16,123 bases of DNA, taken from assembly GCA_001192655.1 (NCBI GenBank), contig BBVC01000065.1:1-16123 (forward strand), given 5' to 3'. This DNA comes from Caedimonas varicaedens (lineage in GTDB: Bacteria > Pseudomonadota > Alphaproteobacteria > Caedimonadales > Caedimonadaceae). Shown piece by piece: positions 1-8,249 of the stretch (position 1 is the stretch's first letter; the number at the start of each line of letters is the position of its first letter). The notes below the pieces were generated by a model that made no database searches, had not been told where the DNA came from, and saw nothing but the letters and a program-made list of their open reading frames with translations. The translations under genes and the position numbers were made by a program.

Positions 1-561
1 TAATGTCAAACATTTTCATGAGTATGCTCAACGAGAACACGGACTGACATACAGCTCTATACCTGGGCAAAGAATACTCTTGAGAAAGCAGGACTTATTA
101 GCAAAGGCAAACCCGGAAGTGGAGATCACCGCTTGTGACGAGAACACCGTCCTGTGGAGGGCATGATGTTTCACCAGGACGGTGTTCTCGTCACAAGCGG
201 TGGATTCACGGATGTTTTTAACGCTTCAAGATCGCTTGCCAAAAGAGCTTGAACTCAATGGCATTACCACGATGAAAGCAGCTAACGAATACTTGAAGAA
301 GGTCTACCTTCTGTACCATGACCAGCAATTCTGCGTGAAAGCAAAGATTAAAAAATCAGCTTATATTCCCTGGATTGGTGGTGATCTCAATGAGATTCTT
401 TGCCACCAGGAAGAGCGTGTTGTTCAAAACGATAATACAGTAGGTTATGAAGGTTTGCAGTTGCAGATTCCCAGAGATGATTTCTCCATCATTACGTCCG
501 TACCACTGTTCAGGTAGAGAAATCTGAACACAACCTAAACAATGCCGAAAGCGGTGCGTAG
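1..561 (+). pseudogene. Degraded DDE (integrase-core, ISNCY/IS1202-like) transposase remnant. It runs off the 5' window edge.
   Basis: Transposase-like segments occur in shifting frames. NVKHFHEYAQREHGL is in frame 2 (2-46). YTWAKNTLEKAGLISKGKPGSGDHRL*REHRPVEGMMFHQDG is in frame 1 (58-183), with an in-frame TGA at 136-138. DSRMFLTLQDRLPKELELNGITTMKAANEYL...NDNTVGYEGLQLQIP is in frame 2 (203-472). HYVRTTVQVEKSEHNL... is in frame 1 (490-561). The catalytic core that normally lies between the HR.RRERRP..G...HQDG block and the TLQDRL block is absent. The family name is from recall of conserved blocks, not from a search. Confidence 0.7.
127..202. repeat. Perfect 28-bp inverted repeat (arms 127-154 and 175-202, 20-nt spacer) at the internal deletion junction of the transposase relic
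   Basis: Arm 1 is caccgcttgtgacgagaacaccgtcctg. Arm 2 is caggacggtgttctcgtcacaagcggtg, the exact reverse complement. I verified this base by base. The repeat does not extend at either end. Confidence 0.97.
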
Positions 562-575
562 ATATTTCACAATTG

Positions 576-3341
576 CTAATCCGTTTTATCCCAATTTTCT
601 CCAACGCCTGAATCTATAATCAAAGGGATATTCAGGTGTGCGGCTCTGCTCATCTCGCGAGAGGCAAGCTGTTTTACGGGTTCAATTTCTTCCTCAGGAC
701 ATTCAATAATCAATTCGTCATGAACTTGAAGCAGTATTTTGGATTGAAGCTTTTTCTCTTTTACAATGTCATATAAAGTGATCATGGCTTTTTTGATAAT
801 ATCGGCGGCTGTTCCCTGAAGAGGGGCATTGATGGCCTGGCGTTCAGCGGCTCCCCGAAGAGCGGGATTTCTGTCGTTAATTCCGAAAATGTAGCATTTT
901 CGACCAAAAAGTGTTTCCACAAATCCTTGCTGACGAGCTTTCTCTTTTTGCGTCTCCATGAAGGCCTGAATCCCCGGATAACGCTCATTATATATTTTAA
1001 TAAACTGGGACGCTTCCCCTTGGGAAATTTTCAATTGACGCGCAAGGCCAAAAGCGCTGATGCCATAAATAATACCAAAGTTGATAGCCTTCGCTCGTCG
1101 GCGATGTTCAGATTCTACCTGATTCAGAGAGAGTCCGAAAACTTCTGCCGCTGTTGCTGCGTGGATGTCATGTCCTGCCCGAAAAGCATCCTGAAGCGTA
1201 GAGATTTTGGCCATATGTGCCAATAATCTGAGTTCGATTTGAGAATAATCTAGAGAGAGAAGTTTATACCCTGGTTTCGCCACAAAGGCTGCCCGAATCT
1301 TTCTGCCTTCCTCGCTGCGGATAGGAATATTTTGAAGGTTAGGACGACTGGAAGCAAGGCGACCTGTTGAGGTAATAGTAGAAGAGTAAGTGGTATGCAC
1401 GCGACCGGTTCTGTGATCAATTTGCTCGATCAGGGCATCTGTGTAAGTGTTTTTTAGTTTGGATAGCTGGCGCCATTCAAGAATTTTTTCCGGGAAACCG
1501 TGTCCTTGAGCCGCAAGATCTTCCAAAATATCAACACCGGTGGAAAAAGCACCGCTTTTTCCTTTTTTCCCTGTTTCAAAACCTAAGTCCTGAAAAAGAA
1601 CTTCTCCCAGTTGTTTGGGTGAACCAATATTAAAACTCTTGCCTGCCAGTTTATAAACGTCATCTTCCAACGCGGCCAGGCGTTTTGTAAAATCACGGCT
1701 CAGGTTTCTGAGGACTTGGGCATCCACAGCAATGCCTGTAGACTCCATATCAATCAATACAGGGATCAAAGCCCGATCAAAACTTTCATAAATAGTCGTA
1801 GTATGCTCTGCTAGCAAACGAGGCTTAAACAAATGATAAAGTTTTAACGTGATTTCTGCATCTTCCGCCGCATAATCACGCGCTTGTTCAAGGGGAACGT
1901 CGTCAAAGGTAATCTTCTTGCGTCCCACCCCGGTGACATCAGCATACTTGATTGTTTCATGTTCCAGATGAAGTGATGCCAATTCATCCATCCCATGACC
2001 ATGGCGTGTCCCGTCAAGGCTATAAGACATAACGATTGTGTCATCCAGAGGCGTTATTTGAATCCCGTATTTCAACAACACAAGAGCGTCGTACTTAATA
2101 TTATGACCTACTTTAAGAACAGCAGGATCACGGAGAAGCGGCTTTAACAAATCTATGGCTTCCTGAAAGGGAATTTGATGCAGATCTGTGGTGAAAGGAG
2201 TAGGAGTGGTTTCAAAAAGCGTTTGGGGCAGGGCGGCTTTATGGGCAAGAGGAACATAACATGCTTTGCCGGGATTTATACATAAGGAAACGCCTACCAG
2301 TTCAGCATTCAGGGCATCAAGAGAAGTGGTTTCCGTATCAAAAGCAACAATCCCGGCATAATGGGCTTCTTCAATCCACTTCTGTAAAGCTTCTCGTGTT
2401 TGTACCAATTCATACTCACTCTTGCTTCCTTCATTGGAAGTGGAAGACGGAGAAGACACAGAAAAACCATCAAGTGTTTTCAATTTACTGATACGAGACA
2501 AAATAGAACGGAAGTTTTGTTCTGTCAGAAAGGAAACAAGGTCCTGACGTTCAGGCGGTTTACGTTCAAAATATTCTAAAGCCAGGGGAAGGGGAGCTTG
2601 CCGACAAAGAGAAACCAGCTGATAGGAGAGCCGTGCCTGATGTGTATTGGTTTGCAATGCCTCACGTCTTTTAAGTTGGGGAATTTTATCAAGGTTGTCC
2701 AGCAGTGTTTCAAGGTTTCCAAATTCCTGGATCAATTGTGCAGCAGTCTTGATGCCAATTCCCGGTACGCCAGGAACATTGTCCGAACTATCACCCGCCA
2801 AAGCCTGAACATCAACTACCTGTTGAGGGGGAACGCCAAATTTCTCAATGACTTCTTTCGAGGAAATTATTTTATTTTTCAAGGGATCCAGCATGTCAAT
2901 ATGGCTGTTCACCAATTGCATCAAGTCCTTATCTGAAGAAACAACAGTTACCTTAGCGCCTTTCTGTACAGCCTGGTCAGCATAGGTCGCAATTAAATCA
3001 TCGGCTTCAAACCCTTCCGCTTCCACGGCACACACATTAAAAGCCTTGCAAGCAGCGCGAATCAAGGAAAACTGTGGGATCAACTCTTCAGGCACCTCTG
3101 GGCGATGAGCTTTGTAATCTGGATAAATATCATGACGATAATTACGACGGGCAGAATCAAAAACAACTGCAAGATGCCCGACTTCCGTGTCCTCAAGCAA
3201 TTTCATGAGCATCGTGATAAAGCCAAAAACGGCATTAACAGGAGTCCCGTCTGATCGCACCATAGGGGGCAGTGCATGAAAAGCCCTGAAGATAAATCCT
3301 GACCCGTCAATAAGATAGAGATGATGCAATGGCTGTGACAT
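576..3341 (-). CDS. polA: DNA polymerase I (5'-3' exonuclease, 3'-5' exonuclease and polymerase domains)
   Basis: 921-aa ORF. The N-terminal FEN-like domain has LIDGSGFIFRAFHA and GDSSDNVPGVPGIGIKTA. Exo motifs are AFDTETTSLD, HNIKYD and YAAEDA. Polymerase motifs are DYSQIELRLLAH, RRRAKAINFGIIYG and QVHDELI. Confidence 0.98.
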   Translation of the reverse strand: MSQPLHHLYLIDGSGFIFRAFHALPPMVRSDGTPVNAVFGFITMLMKLLEDTEVGHLAVVFDSARRNYRHDIYPDYKAHRPEVPEELIPQFSLIRAACKAFNVCAVEAEGFEADDLIATYADQAVQKGAKVTVVSSDKDLMQLVNSHIDMLDPLKNKIISSKEVIEKFGVPPQQVVDVQALAGDSSDNVPGVPGIGIKTAAQLIQEFGNLETLLDNLDKIPQLKRREALQTNTHQARLSYQLVSLCRQAPLPLALEYFERKPPERQDLVSFLTEQNFRSILSRISKLKTLDGFSVSSPSSTSNEGSKSEYELVQTREALQKWIEEAHYAGIVAFDTETTSLDALNAELVGVSLCINPGKACYVPLAHKAALPQTLFETTPTPFTTDLHQIPFQEAIDLLKPLLRDPAVLKVGHNIKYDALVLLKYGIQITPLDDTIVMSYSLDGTRHGHGMDELASLHLEHETIKYADVTGVGRKKITFDDVPLEQARDYAAEDAEITLKLYHLFKPRLLAEHTTTIYESFDRALIPVLIDMESTGIAVDAQVLRNLSRDFTKRLAALEDDVYKLAGKSFNIGSPKQLGEVLFQDLGFETGKKGKSGAFSTGVDILEDLAAQGHGFPEKILEWRQLSKLKNTYTDALIEQIDHRTGRVHTTYSSTITSTGRLASSRPNLQNIPIRSEEGRKIRAAFVAKPGYKLLSLDYSQIELRLLAHMAKISTLQDAFRAGHDIHAATAAEVFGLSLNQVESEHRRRAKAINFGIIYGISAFGLARQLKISQGEASQFIKIYNERYPGIQAFMETQKEKARQQGFVETLFGRKCYIFGINDRNPALRGAAERQAINAPLQGTAADIIKKAMITLYDIVKEKKLQSKILLQVHDELIIECPEEEIEPVKQLASREMSRAAHLNIPLIIDSGVGENWDKTD

Positions 3342-3426
3342 ACTCTGCCCGAAAATTCATTAAATACAATGGAATCATACACACTTTACACAAGAAATCA
3401 TCAAGAAATATCCCGACGATATTGCG

Positions 3427-4377
3427 TTATAATTTTTTACCCATGGGGATATCCTGTGGATCTGTTGGGTGCTTATCAGGGTCATTAAACGGCATTTCAA
3501 TATATCCCTGTTTTGAATAAAATGAATAGGCGGCAAGCGAGGTTTCGGTTTGCAACAGTTTAGTGCCTTTCTGTTCAAGCCAGCGCTCACAGAGTTTTAG
3601 AAACTGCTTCCCCATGCCGCGTCCTCTCAATGGCGCATCAATCACAATGATTCTGAGAGCAACTCTTTGCTCTGGCCAAAGCTGAAGATGAACATAACCG
3701 ACTATTTCTGTGCCCTGATACAAAACAAAATGGACATGTTCAGGATGGTTAAAAGTCCAGGTATAAGGGTCGGAGATAAGCACCTTATCAAAAAAATACT
3801 TTTGCCTGAAGTGACGCGCTGCATCCCATTCATCATAATGGGTACAAAATCTCATGCAGAGTCCTTTAAATCCGGCTTGAGTCAGAATCTTTTTGATAAA
3901 CTTGTCTTTTCCTAAAGTATATCCGCTAAATTTTTGGCCATTCTTATCATGTAAGGAGTTTTGGCTCACCAAATATAGCTTTAAATCCGCATATTCCTTC
4001 AATGCTCTTGGATGATTGCGTAAATAATCCCGAAAGAGAAGGTTGATCTCAATCTCTGGATTGCCTTCTTCATAAACATGCAGATTCACTTCAGGAAAAG
4101 TGTCTCTTTTCGAAAAACCATACTGAAAGGGAATATTGAACTCTCCTTTATACGTGTACCCGATCGTCCCAAGATCCTGTTCCAAAAAAGTGGTGTCTTT
4201 CACAACAGCAATAATATCAATTTTTGGTTTGGCACAAAGTCCTGGTACCGATGTAGAGCCAATATGATGAATGATAAGGCTATTTTCACCCAAAGCGTTT
4301 TTGAGAAGTGCGGCCTCATGCTCAAACATTTTGACCCATTCTGGATCATAGGGCATTACTGTAATGATTTTACGCAC
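3427..4377 (-). CDS. GrpB (UPF0157, nucleotidyltransferase-fold) domain fused to a C-terminal GNAT N-acetyltransferase domain
   Basis: 316-aa ORF with a GTG start at 4375-4377 and GGAG 11 nt upstream. The N-terminal half has GrpB hallmarks (VMPYDPEW..F, HHIGSTSVPGLCAKPKIDIIAVV, RDYLRNHP..EYA.LK). The C-terminal half has the GNAT acetyl-CoA loop (IIVIDAPLRGRGMGKQFL) and YSKQGY. Confidence 0.8.
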   Translation of the reverse strand: MRKIITVMPYDPEWVKMFEHEAALLKNALGENSLIIHHIGSTSVPGLCAKPKIDIIAVVKDTTFLEQDLGTIGYTYKGEFNIPFQYGFSKRDTFPEVNLHVYEEGNPEIEINLLFRDYLRNHPRALKEYADLKLYLVSQNSLHDKNGQKFSGYTLGKDKFIKKILTQAGFKGLCMRFCTHYDEWDAARHFRQKYFFDKVLISDPYTWTFNHPEHVHFVLYQGTEIVGYVHLQLWPEQRVALRIIVIDAPLRGRGMGKQFLKLCERWLEQKGTKLLQTETSLAAYSFYSKQGYIEMPFNDPDKHPTDPQDIPMGKKL

Positions 4378-4424
4378 AGAGTCTTTTACTCCAGGAATAC
4401 TTTTAGAGATAAGTTATGTCGTTT

Positions 4425-5810
4425 TTATTCTGATGAGGGATCGTTGACTTCTTTCTCATTTTTTTCAGCCGCTTGCTGTGCCAGCCATTCTTCCAGCCAG
4501 TGAATATTATAGTCACCCGAGGCCATCGCGGGAAGGGTGCACAATTTTTGATGCAGAGGAATGTTTGTTGAGATGCCGCCAATAACATATTCCCTAAGGG
4601 CGCGATTTACGCGTTGAATGGCCTGCTGTCGTGTATCACCAAAGACGATCAGCTTTGACACAAGGCTATCATAATGAGGGGGAACGCTGTATCCGTTATA
4701 AAGATGACTATCGATGCGAACGCCAAGCCCCCCCGGAGTATGATAAGATGTAACTTTGCCAGGACTGGGAAAGAATGTTTCAGGGTCTTCAGCATTGATG
4801 CGGCACTCAATAGCATGCCCTCTGAATTGAATATCTTCTTGTGTAAAGGGAAGTTTTTCGCCGCTTGCGACTAAAATCTGTGCCCGTACAAGATCAATGC
4901 CCGTAATCATTTCAGTAACCGGGTGTTCAACCTGAATCCGTGTGTTCATTTCGATGAAATAAAATTCACCATTTTCGTACAGGAATTCAAACGTTCCTAC
5001 TCCCCGATATCCCAAACCCTTGACTGCCTTGACAACCAGCTCACCTAATTCTGAACGGGTCTTGTCGTCCAGGGCAGGAGAGGGCGCTTCTTCCCAAACT
5101 TTTTGATGACGTCGTTGAATAGAACAATCCCGCTCTCCCAAATGGACAACATTCCCATGATGATCTGCCAATACCTGAATTTCGATATGGCGGGGTGTGA
5201 CAAGAAATTTTTCGATAAAAACCTGGTCATTCCCAAAATTAACTTTGGCTTCGTTGCGAGCAACAAGCAATGCTTCTGTAAGACTTTCAGGGCGATAAAC
5301 AATTTGCATGCCCTTGCCTCCGCCGCCGCCCGCTGCCTTGATCAGAACGGGAAAACCTGCATCATTACAAAAGGCATGGGCTTCTTCATTTGAGGTGACC
5401 GCGCGCTCCATCCCAGGAACAACAGGAATGCCAAATTGTTTGACTGCCTGTTTTGCTGTAATTTTATCGCCCATAATGCGTGTATGTTCAGCACTGGGCC
5501 CAATAAAAACAAAATTATGTTCTTCAACCATACGAACAAATTCAGCATTCTCTGATAAAAATCCAACCCCTGGATGAATGGCGTCTGCGCCAACAATTGT
5601 TGCGGCAGAGACAATTGCGGGCATATTCAAATAGCTTTCGCGAGAAGAAGCAGGACCTATGCAAATACTCTCATCGGCAAGCCGTACATGCATTGAATTA
5701 TTGTCAGCTGTTGAATGAACAGCAACAGATCTTATGCCCATTTCCCGACATGCCCGAATAACGCGTAAGGCTATTTCTCCACGGTTTGCAATGAGGATTT
5801 TTTTAAACAT
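4425..5810 (-). CDS. accC: Acetyl-CoA carboxylase, biotin carboxylase subunit
   Basis: 461-aa ORF. Motifs: MFKKILIANRGEIALRVIRA, ATP-grasp glycine loop KAAGGGGGKGMQIV, EMNTRIQVEHPVTE. It lies directly downstream of accB with a 26-nt gap. Confidence 0.97.
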   Translation of the reverse strand: MFKKILIANRGEIALRVIRACREMGIRSVAVHSTADNNSMHVRLADESICIGPASSRESYLNMPAIVSAATIVGADAIHPGVGFLSENAEFVRMVEEHNFVFIGPSAEHTRIMGDKITAKQAVKQFGIPVVPGMERAVTSNEEAHAFCNDAGFPVLIKAAGGGGGKGMQIVYRPESLTEALLVARNEAKVNFGNDQVFIEKFLVTPRHIEIQVLADHHGNVVHLGERDCSIQRRHQKVWEEAPSPALDDKTRSELGELVVKAVKGLGYRGVGTFEFLYENGEFYFIEMNTRIQVEHPVTEMITGIDLVRAQILVASGEKLPFTQEDIQFRGHAIECRINAEDPETFFPSPGKVTSYHTPGGLGVRIDSHLYNGYSVPPHYDSLVSKLIVFGDTRQQAIQRVNRALREYVIGGISTNIPLHQKLCTLPAMASGDYNIHWLEEWLAQQAAEKNEKEVNDPSSE

Positions 5811-5836
5811 GCGCAGACTCTTTCAGGCTTACACAA

Positions 5837-6313
5837 TTATTCAATAATGATGAGCGGGTGATCATATTCCACGGGCTCTCCATCATGGAAAAGAATTTCT
5901 ATCACTTTGCCATCCCTGGGCGCTCGTATCTGATTCATGACTTTCATGGCTTCGATAATAAGCAAGGTTTGTCCTTTTGTAACTTGGGAACCAGCCTGAA
6001 CAAAGGGTGGTGAACTGGGGTTGGCCGATGAATAGACTGTTCCCACCATGGGGGCTTTTATGACGCCAGGATGTTGAGACCAATCAAGTATTTTGGCAGG
6101 TTCTTCTGCTGTTGCCTGTGCAGGTGAAGAAGCAGGAGCTGGAGAAGGATGGGCAAAATGGGGTATTTGAACGTTTGCTGTTGAAGATACTTGTCGGGCA
6201 ACCCGAACGCGAATCTCTCCCATTTCATATTCGATTTCGGTTAAATGTGTTTCGTTTAGAATTTCCGCCAGTTTGCGTACAATTTGATCGTCAAATGAAG
6301 GGGAGATTGTCAT
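5837..6313 (-). CDS. accB: Acetyl-CoA carboxylase biotin carboxyl carrier protein (BCCP)
   Basis: 158-aa ORF. It has a Pro/Ala-rich linker (HPSPAPASSPAQATAEEPA) and the biotinyl-lysine motif IEAMKVMNQI in the C-terminal lipoyl-like domain. It is followed by accC. Confidence 0.95.
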   Translation of the reverse strand: MTISPSFDDQIVRKLAEILNETHLTEIEYEMGEIRVRVARQVSSTANVQIPHFAHPSPAPASSPAQATAEEPAKILDWSQHPGVIKAPMVGTVYSSANPSSPPFVQAGSQVTKGQTLLIIEAMKVMNQIRAPRDGKVIEILFHDGEPVEYDHPLIIIE

Positions 6314-6382
6314 TCATAGGCCTCACTAGAATTAAAAAATCATGCTGGCTTTATATCACGCTCAATATAAAAAGGCAAAACC

Positions 6383-6398
6383 ATATCTCGAGAGATAT
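6383..6398 (-). terminator. Short palindrome (atatctc-ga-gagatat) followed on the minus strand by a T-rich run. It may be a weak intrinsic terminator of the GNAT gene or a regulatory site in the accB leader region.
   Basis: The 7-bp arms are exact reverse complements. The minus-strand continuation is ggttttgccttttta. The site is about 70 nt downstream of the GNAT stop and about 70-85 nt upstream of the accB ATG. The stem is AT-rich and short. Confidence 0.25.
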
Positions 6399-6466
6399 TT
6401 TCAAAGAGTTTCTCTGCCAAATCCTTGTAAATTTTGAAATACTGTCAGAATATTTTTTGAAGATTC

Positions 6467-7063
6467 TCACCACCGAACATCGTCAGCACTCATTTCTTCG
6501 CCACCAAAGCGAACATAGCGACGCCCCATAGCAAGCTCATCATCGGTTAAATTTTCAATCAGCCCAAGAGCTCTGGTTTCCAATTCAAATCCCAGGTTCA
6601 TAGCTACCTGAATACTTTTTAAATTGCTGTCATGGCAAAGAATACTCACGCGTTTTAGTCCCATTTCCCTGAAAGCGTAAAGCGTTATGGCTGCAACAGC
6701 TTCTCTTATAAATCCGTTCCCTTGTGCAGATAAGCGACACCAATATCCAATAATCCCAGACGGAATATTCCAGGAAACTTCATTGAATCCACTCATCCCA
6801 ATAAGATATTCTTCAGCAAAAATAGCTAAATTAAATTTTTTCCCTCGAATAAATTCAGCGTAAAATTCATGAGCTGTTCGTTCGCTATCCTGCCAATTTT
6901 TTACAGCATCAACCCAAGGCAGCCATTTTCTGAGTTGTTCCCTTGTTTCTTCAATAGCTGTAAAGAGTTGTTGACCATCACCCGGCATCAAGGGACGTAT
7001 TAGTAAACGCTTTGTATAAATGGGCATGGGCAGATTCAGCAGTAACGGATCCTTGATCTTCAT
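6467..7063 (-). CDS. GNAT family N-acetyltransferase, RimJ/RimL-like (Acetyltransf_3 type)
   Basis: 198-aa ORF. The N-terminal TKRLLIRPLMPGDGQQLF is typical of the RimJ/RimL subgroup. Other motifs: GIIGYWCRLSAQGNGFIREA (acetyl-CoA loop) and LGFELE. GGAG lies 7 nt upstream of the ATG. Confidence 0.85.
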   Translation of the reverse strand: MKIKDPLLLNLPMPIYTKRLLIRPLMPGDGQQLFTAIEETREQLRKWLPWVDAVKNWQDSERTAHEFYAEFIRGKKFNLAIFAEEYLIGMSGFNEVSWNIPSGIIGYWCRLSAQGNGFIREAVAAITLYAFREMGLKRVSILCHDSNLKSIQVAMNLGFELETRALGLIENLTDDELAMGRRYVRFGGEEMSADDVRW

Positions 7064-7084
7064 TCTTTTTCTCCATGAAAGAAG

Positions 7085-7090
7085 ATTATA
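7085..7090 (-). promoter_or_regulatory. Candidate -10 box (TATAAT on the minus strand) for the GNAT gene, at the outer edge of the left inverted repeat
   Basis: The plus-strand attata at 7085-7090 reads TATAAT on the minus strand. It is followed by GGAG (7071-7074) and the ATG (7061-7063). I found no convincing -35 at 17-nt spacing. Confidence 0.3.
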
Positions 7091-7093
7091 AGT

Positions 7094-7128
7094 AATTGAA
7101 TTACCTGGCTATGCAGTTAACTCCACTA
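7094..7128. repeat. Left arm of the imperfect inverted repeat pair bracketing the APH gene
   Basis: The sequence aattgaattacctggctatgcagttaactccacta aligns to the reverse complement of 8250-8281 (aattcaatctggctatgcaattgactctacta). There are 28 identical positions, 4 mismatches and one 3-nt indel. Weaker similarity continues outward to about 7083 and inward through tatatactatat (7127-7138). Confidence 0.93.
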
Positions 7129-8166
7129 TATACTATATTTAGTTAGGAGGTGGGAGCTAAACATAATTTCATCTGTTTTAAATGCTATTTCTACCACGCC
7201 TTGAGGGTCAAACTGAGTTATGAATTGGTTATACCATTTAATCCGATCCTGGCCTCCTGCCATCGTTAGGAGTAACTGCTGACCGTAGAGCGCTATATCT
7301 TCTACAACTCGTTCGTGCCGGTAATATGCCAAGAGTGTCATGTTAACTTCGGCTTTTCCATAGCCCTTATAAAACAACTCTTTCTCGTGCGGCTTATTCC
7401 AAACATTAGCAACGCCTCCACCAATAAACATGAGGTCACGCTCCTTAGGCGCTATGATAGGGTCATCCCAATCAACTATATAGAGGGTGTCATTTTCATC
7501 TATTAATATATTACCACCATGAAGATCAGAATGGCACAGCACGAATTGAGATGATTGGTCTTGGACCTTTTGGGCCAACTGTTCAGCTCGATCTACCAGC
7601 CGATGAATAGCAGTCGTATGCTTCTTCATAAATGTCAGCAAATTAACGGCAATCATGTCACCACTCGGTTCAGATTCAATAAGCGGATAGAGCGACTGCA
7701 CGGCCTGTCGCCATTTGGATGAATAAGTCTCCCGCCGGATCTTGGCTTGAATTGAGAACGGCACATTAATTTCATGAATTTGCCTCATCACTTTGCCGAG
7801 CGTATACCATTGATCGTCCGTTAGATCACGACTAAACCCGTCCCGACCATCGACAAAGGGGGATACAGTCAGGGTAAAGTCGTCAATACGCTGAGTTGCT
7901 TGACCATGGATTGTTTTAATGATGGGAATAATTTGTTGAATACCAGCATTACGTAACAGCGCAATTATGCTAGCGCTGATATCATGGTGGTGTCCACGTT
8001 TTAACTTTACGAAATAAGATGACCGGTCATGTGTTTGAGCTTTATATACTGACGCATACATATCCGCCCCCAGAGGAAGGAATGTAAGCGTAGCAACTTC
8101 AATGCCGTAATTGTTCTTTAGGCAATCAATAATGCGTTGCTCTGAAAGAAGTGATTTTTCTGTCAT
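7126..8166 (-). CDS. Aminoglycoside/antibiotic phosphotransferase (APH) family kinase, possibly APH(9)/spectinomycin-kinase-like
   Basis: Motifs: Brenner motif CHSDLHGGNILI (H225..N232, 7510-7533), metal-binding IVDWDD, beta-3 lysine context YFVKLK, and APKERDLMFIGGG. The tracked ORF starts at a TTG (8205). I prefer the ATG at 8164-8166 (MTEKSLLSEQRIIDCL), which removes a hydrophobic 13-aa extension. The stop codon (7126-7128) sits inside the left repeat. Confidence 0.85.
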   Translation of the reverse strand: MTEKSLLSEQRIIDCLKNNYGIEVATLTFLPLGADMYASVYKAQTHDRSSYFVKLKRGHHHDISASIIALLRNAGIQQIIPIIKTIHGQATQRIDDFTLTVSPFVDGRDGFSRDLTDDQWYTLGKVMRQIHEINVPFSIQAKIRRETYSSKWRQAVQSLYPLIESEPSGDMIAVNLLTFMKKHTTAIHRLVDRAEQLAQKVQDQSSQFVLCHSDLHGGNILIDENDTLYIVDWDDPIIAPKERDLMFIGGGVANVWNKPHEKELFYKGYGKAEVNMTLLAYYRHERVVEDIALYGQQLLLTMAGGQDRIKWYNQFITQFDPQGVVEIAFKTDEIMFSSHLLTKYSI

Positions 8167-8249
8167 ATTAGAAGTATACAAGAAAACTAGGAGGTAAGCC
8201 GCCAATATTTTCTTCTCTATTCATACGAACATATACTATATGTAGTGGG

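Noticed and set aside
182-517. 111-aa ORF that could be annotated as a small intact gene
   Set aside because: It is the C-terminal homology block of the degraded transposase. It starts inside the palindrome arm, lacks the catalytic core, and its last ~14 residues are out of frame relative to the continuing homology at 490-561.
782-2936. Several 66-112-aa ORFs (782-988, 927-1226, 1844-2044, 2261-2491, 2598-2936)
   Set aside because: All lie entirely inside polA, either antisense or out of frame. The polA reading is strongly supported by motifs, so these are shadow ORFs.
3329-5614. ORFs 3329-3520, 3375-3590, 3667-3915, 4078-4503, 4403-4588, 4674-4874, 5045-5302, 5103-5393, 5308-5577 and 5342-5614
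   Set aside because: They overlap the well-supported GrpB-GNAT and accC genes, in alternative frames or antisense. They have low-complexity translations with no motifs.
5883-6531. ORFs 5883-6083 and 6112-6531
   Set aside because: They overlap accB, the accB/GNAT spacer and the GNAT 3' end. They have no RBS and no recognisable domains.
7144-8195. 8-nt direct repeat taggaggt at 7144-7151 and 8188-8195, just inside both ends of the APH gene
   Set aside because: It is short and in direct rather than inverted orientation, so it does not follow the symmetry of the flanking repeats. Both copies are within the long (TTG-start) ORF frame, reading LL codons. It is probably coincidental.
8167-8205. 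TTG-initiated 13-codon N-terminal extension of the APH ORF (MAAYLLVFLYTSN)
   Set aside because: The extension is hydrophobic and not kinase-like, and the ATG at 8164-8166 gives a typical APH N-terminus. This is not decisive, because neither start has a strong RBS.
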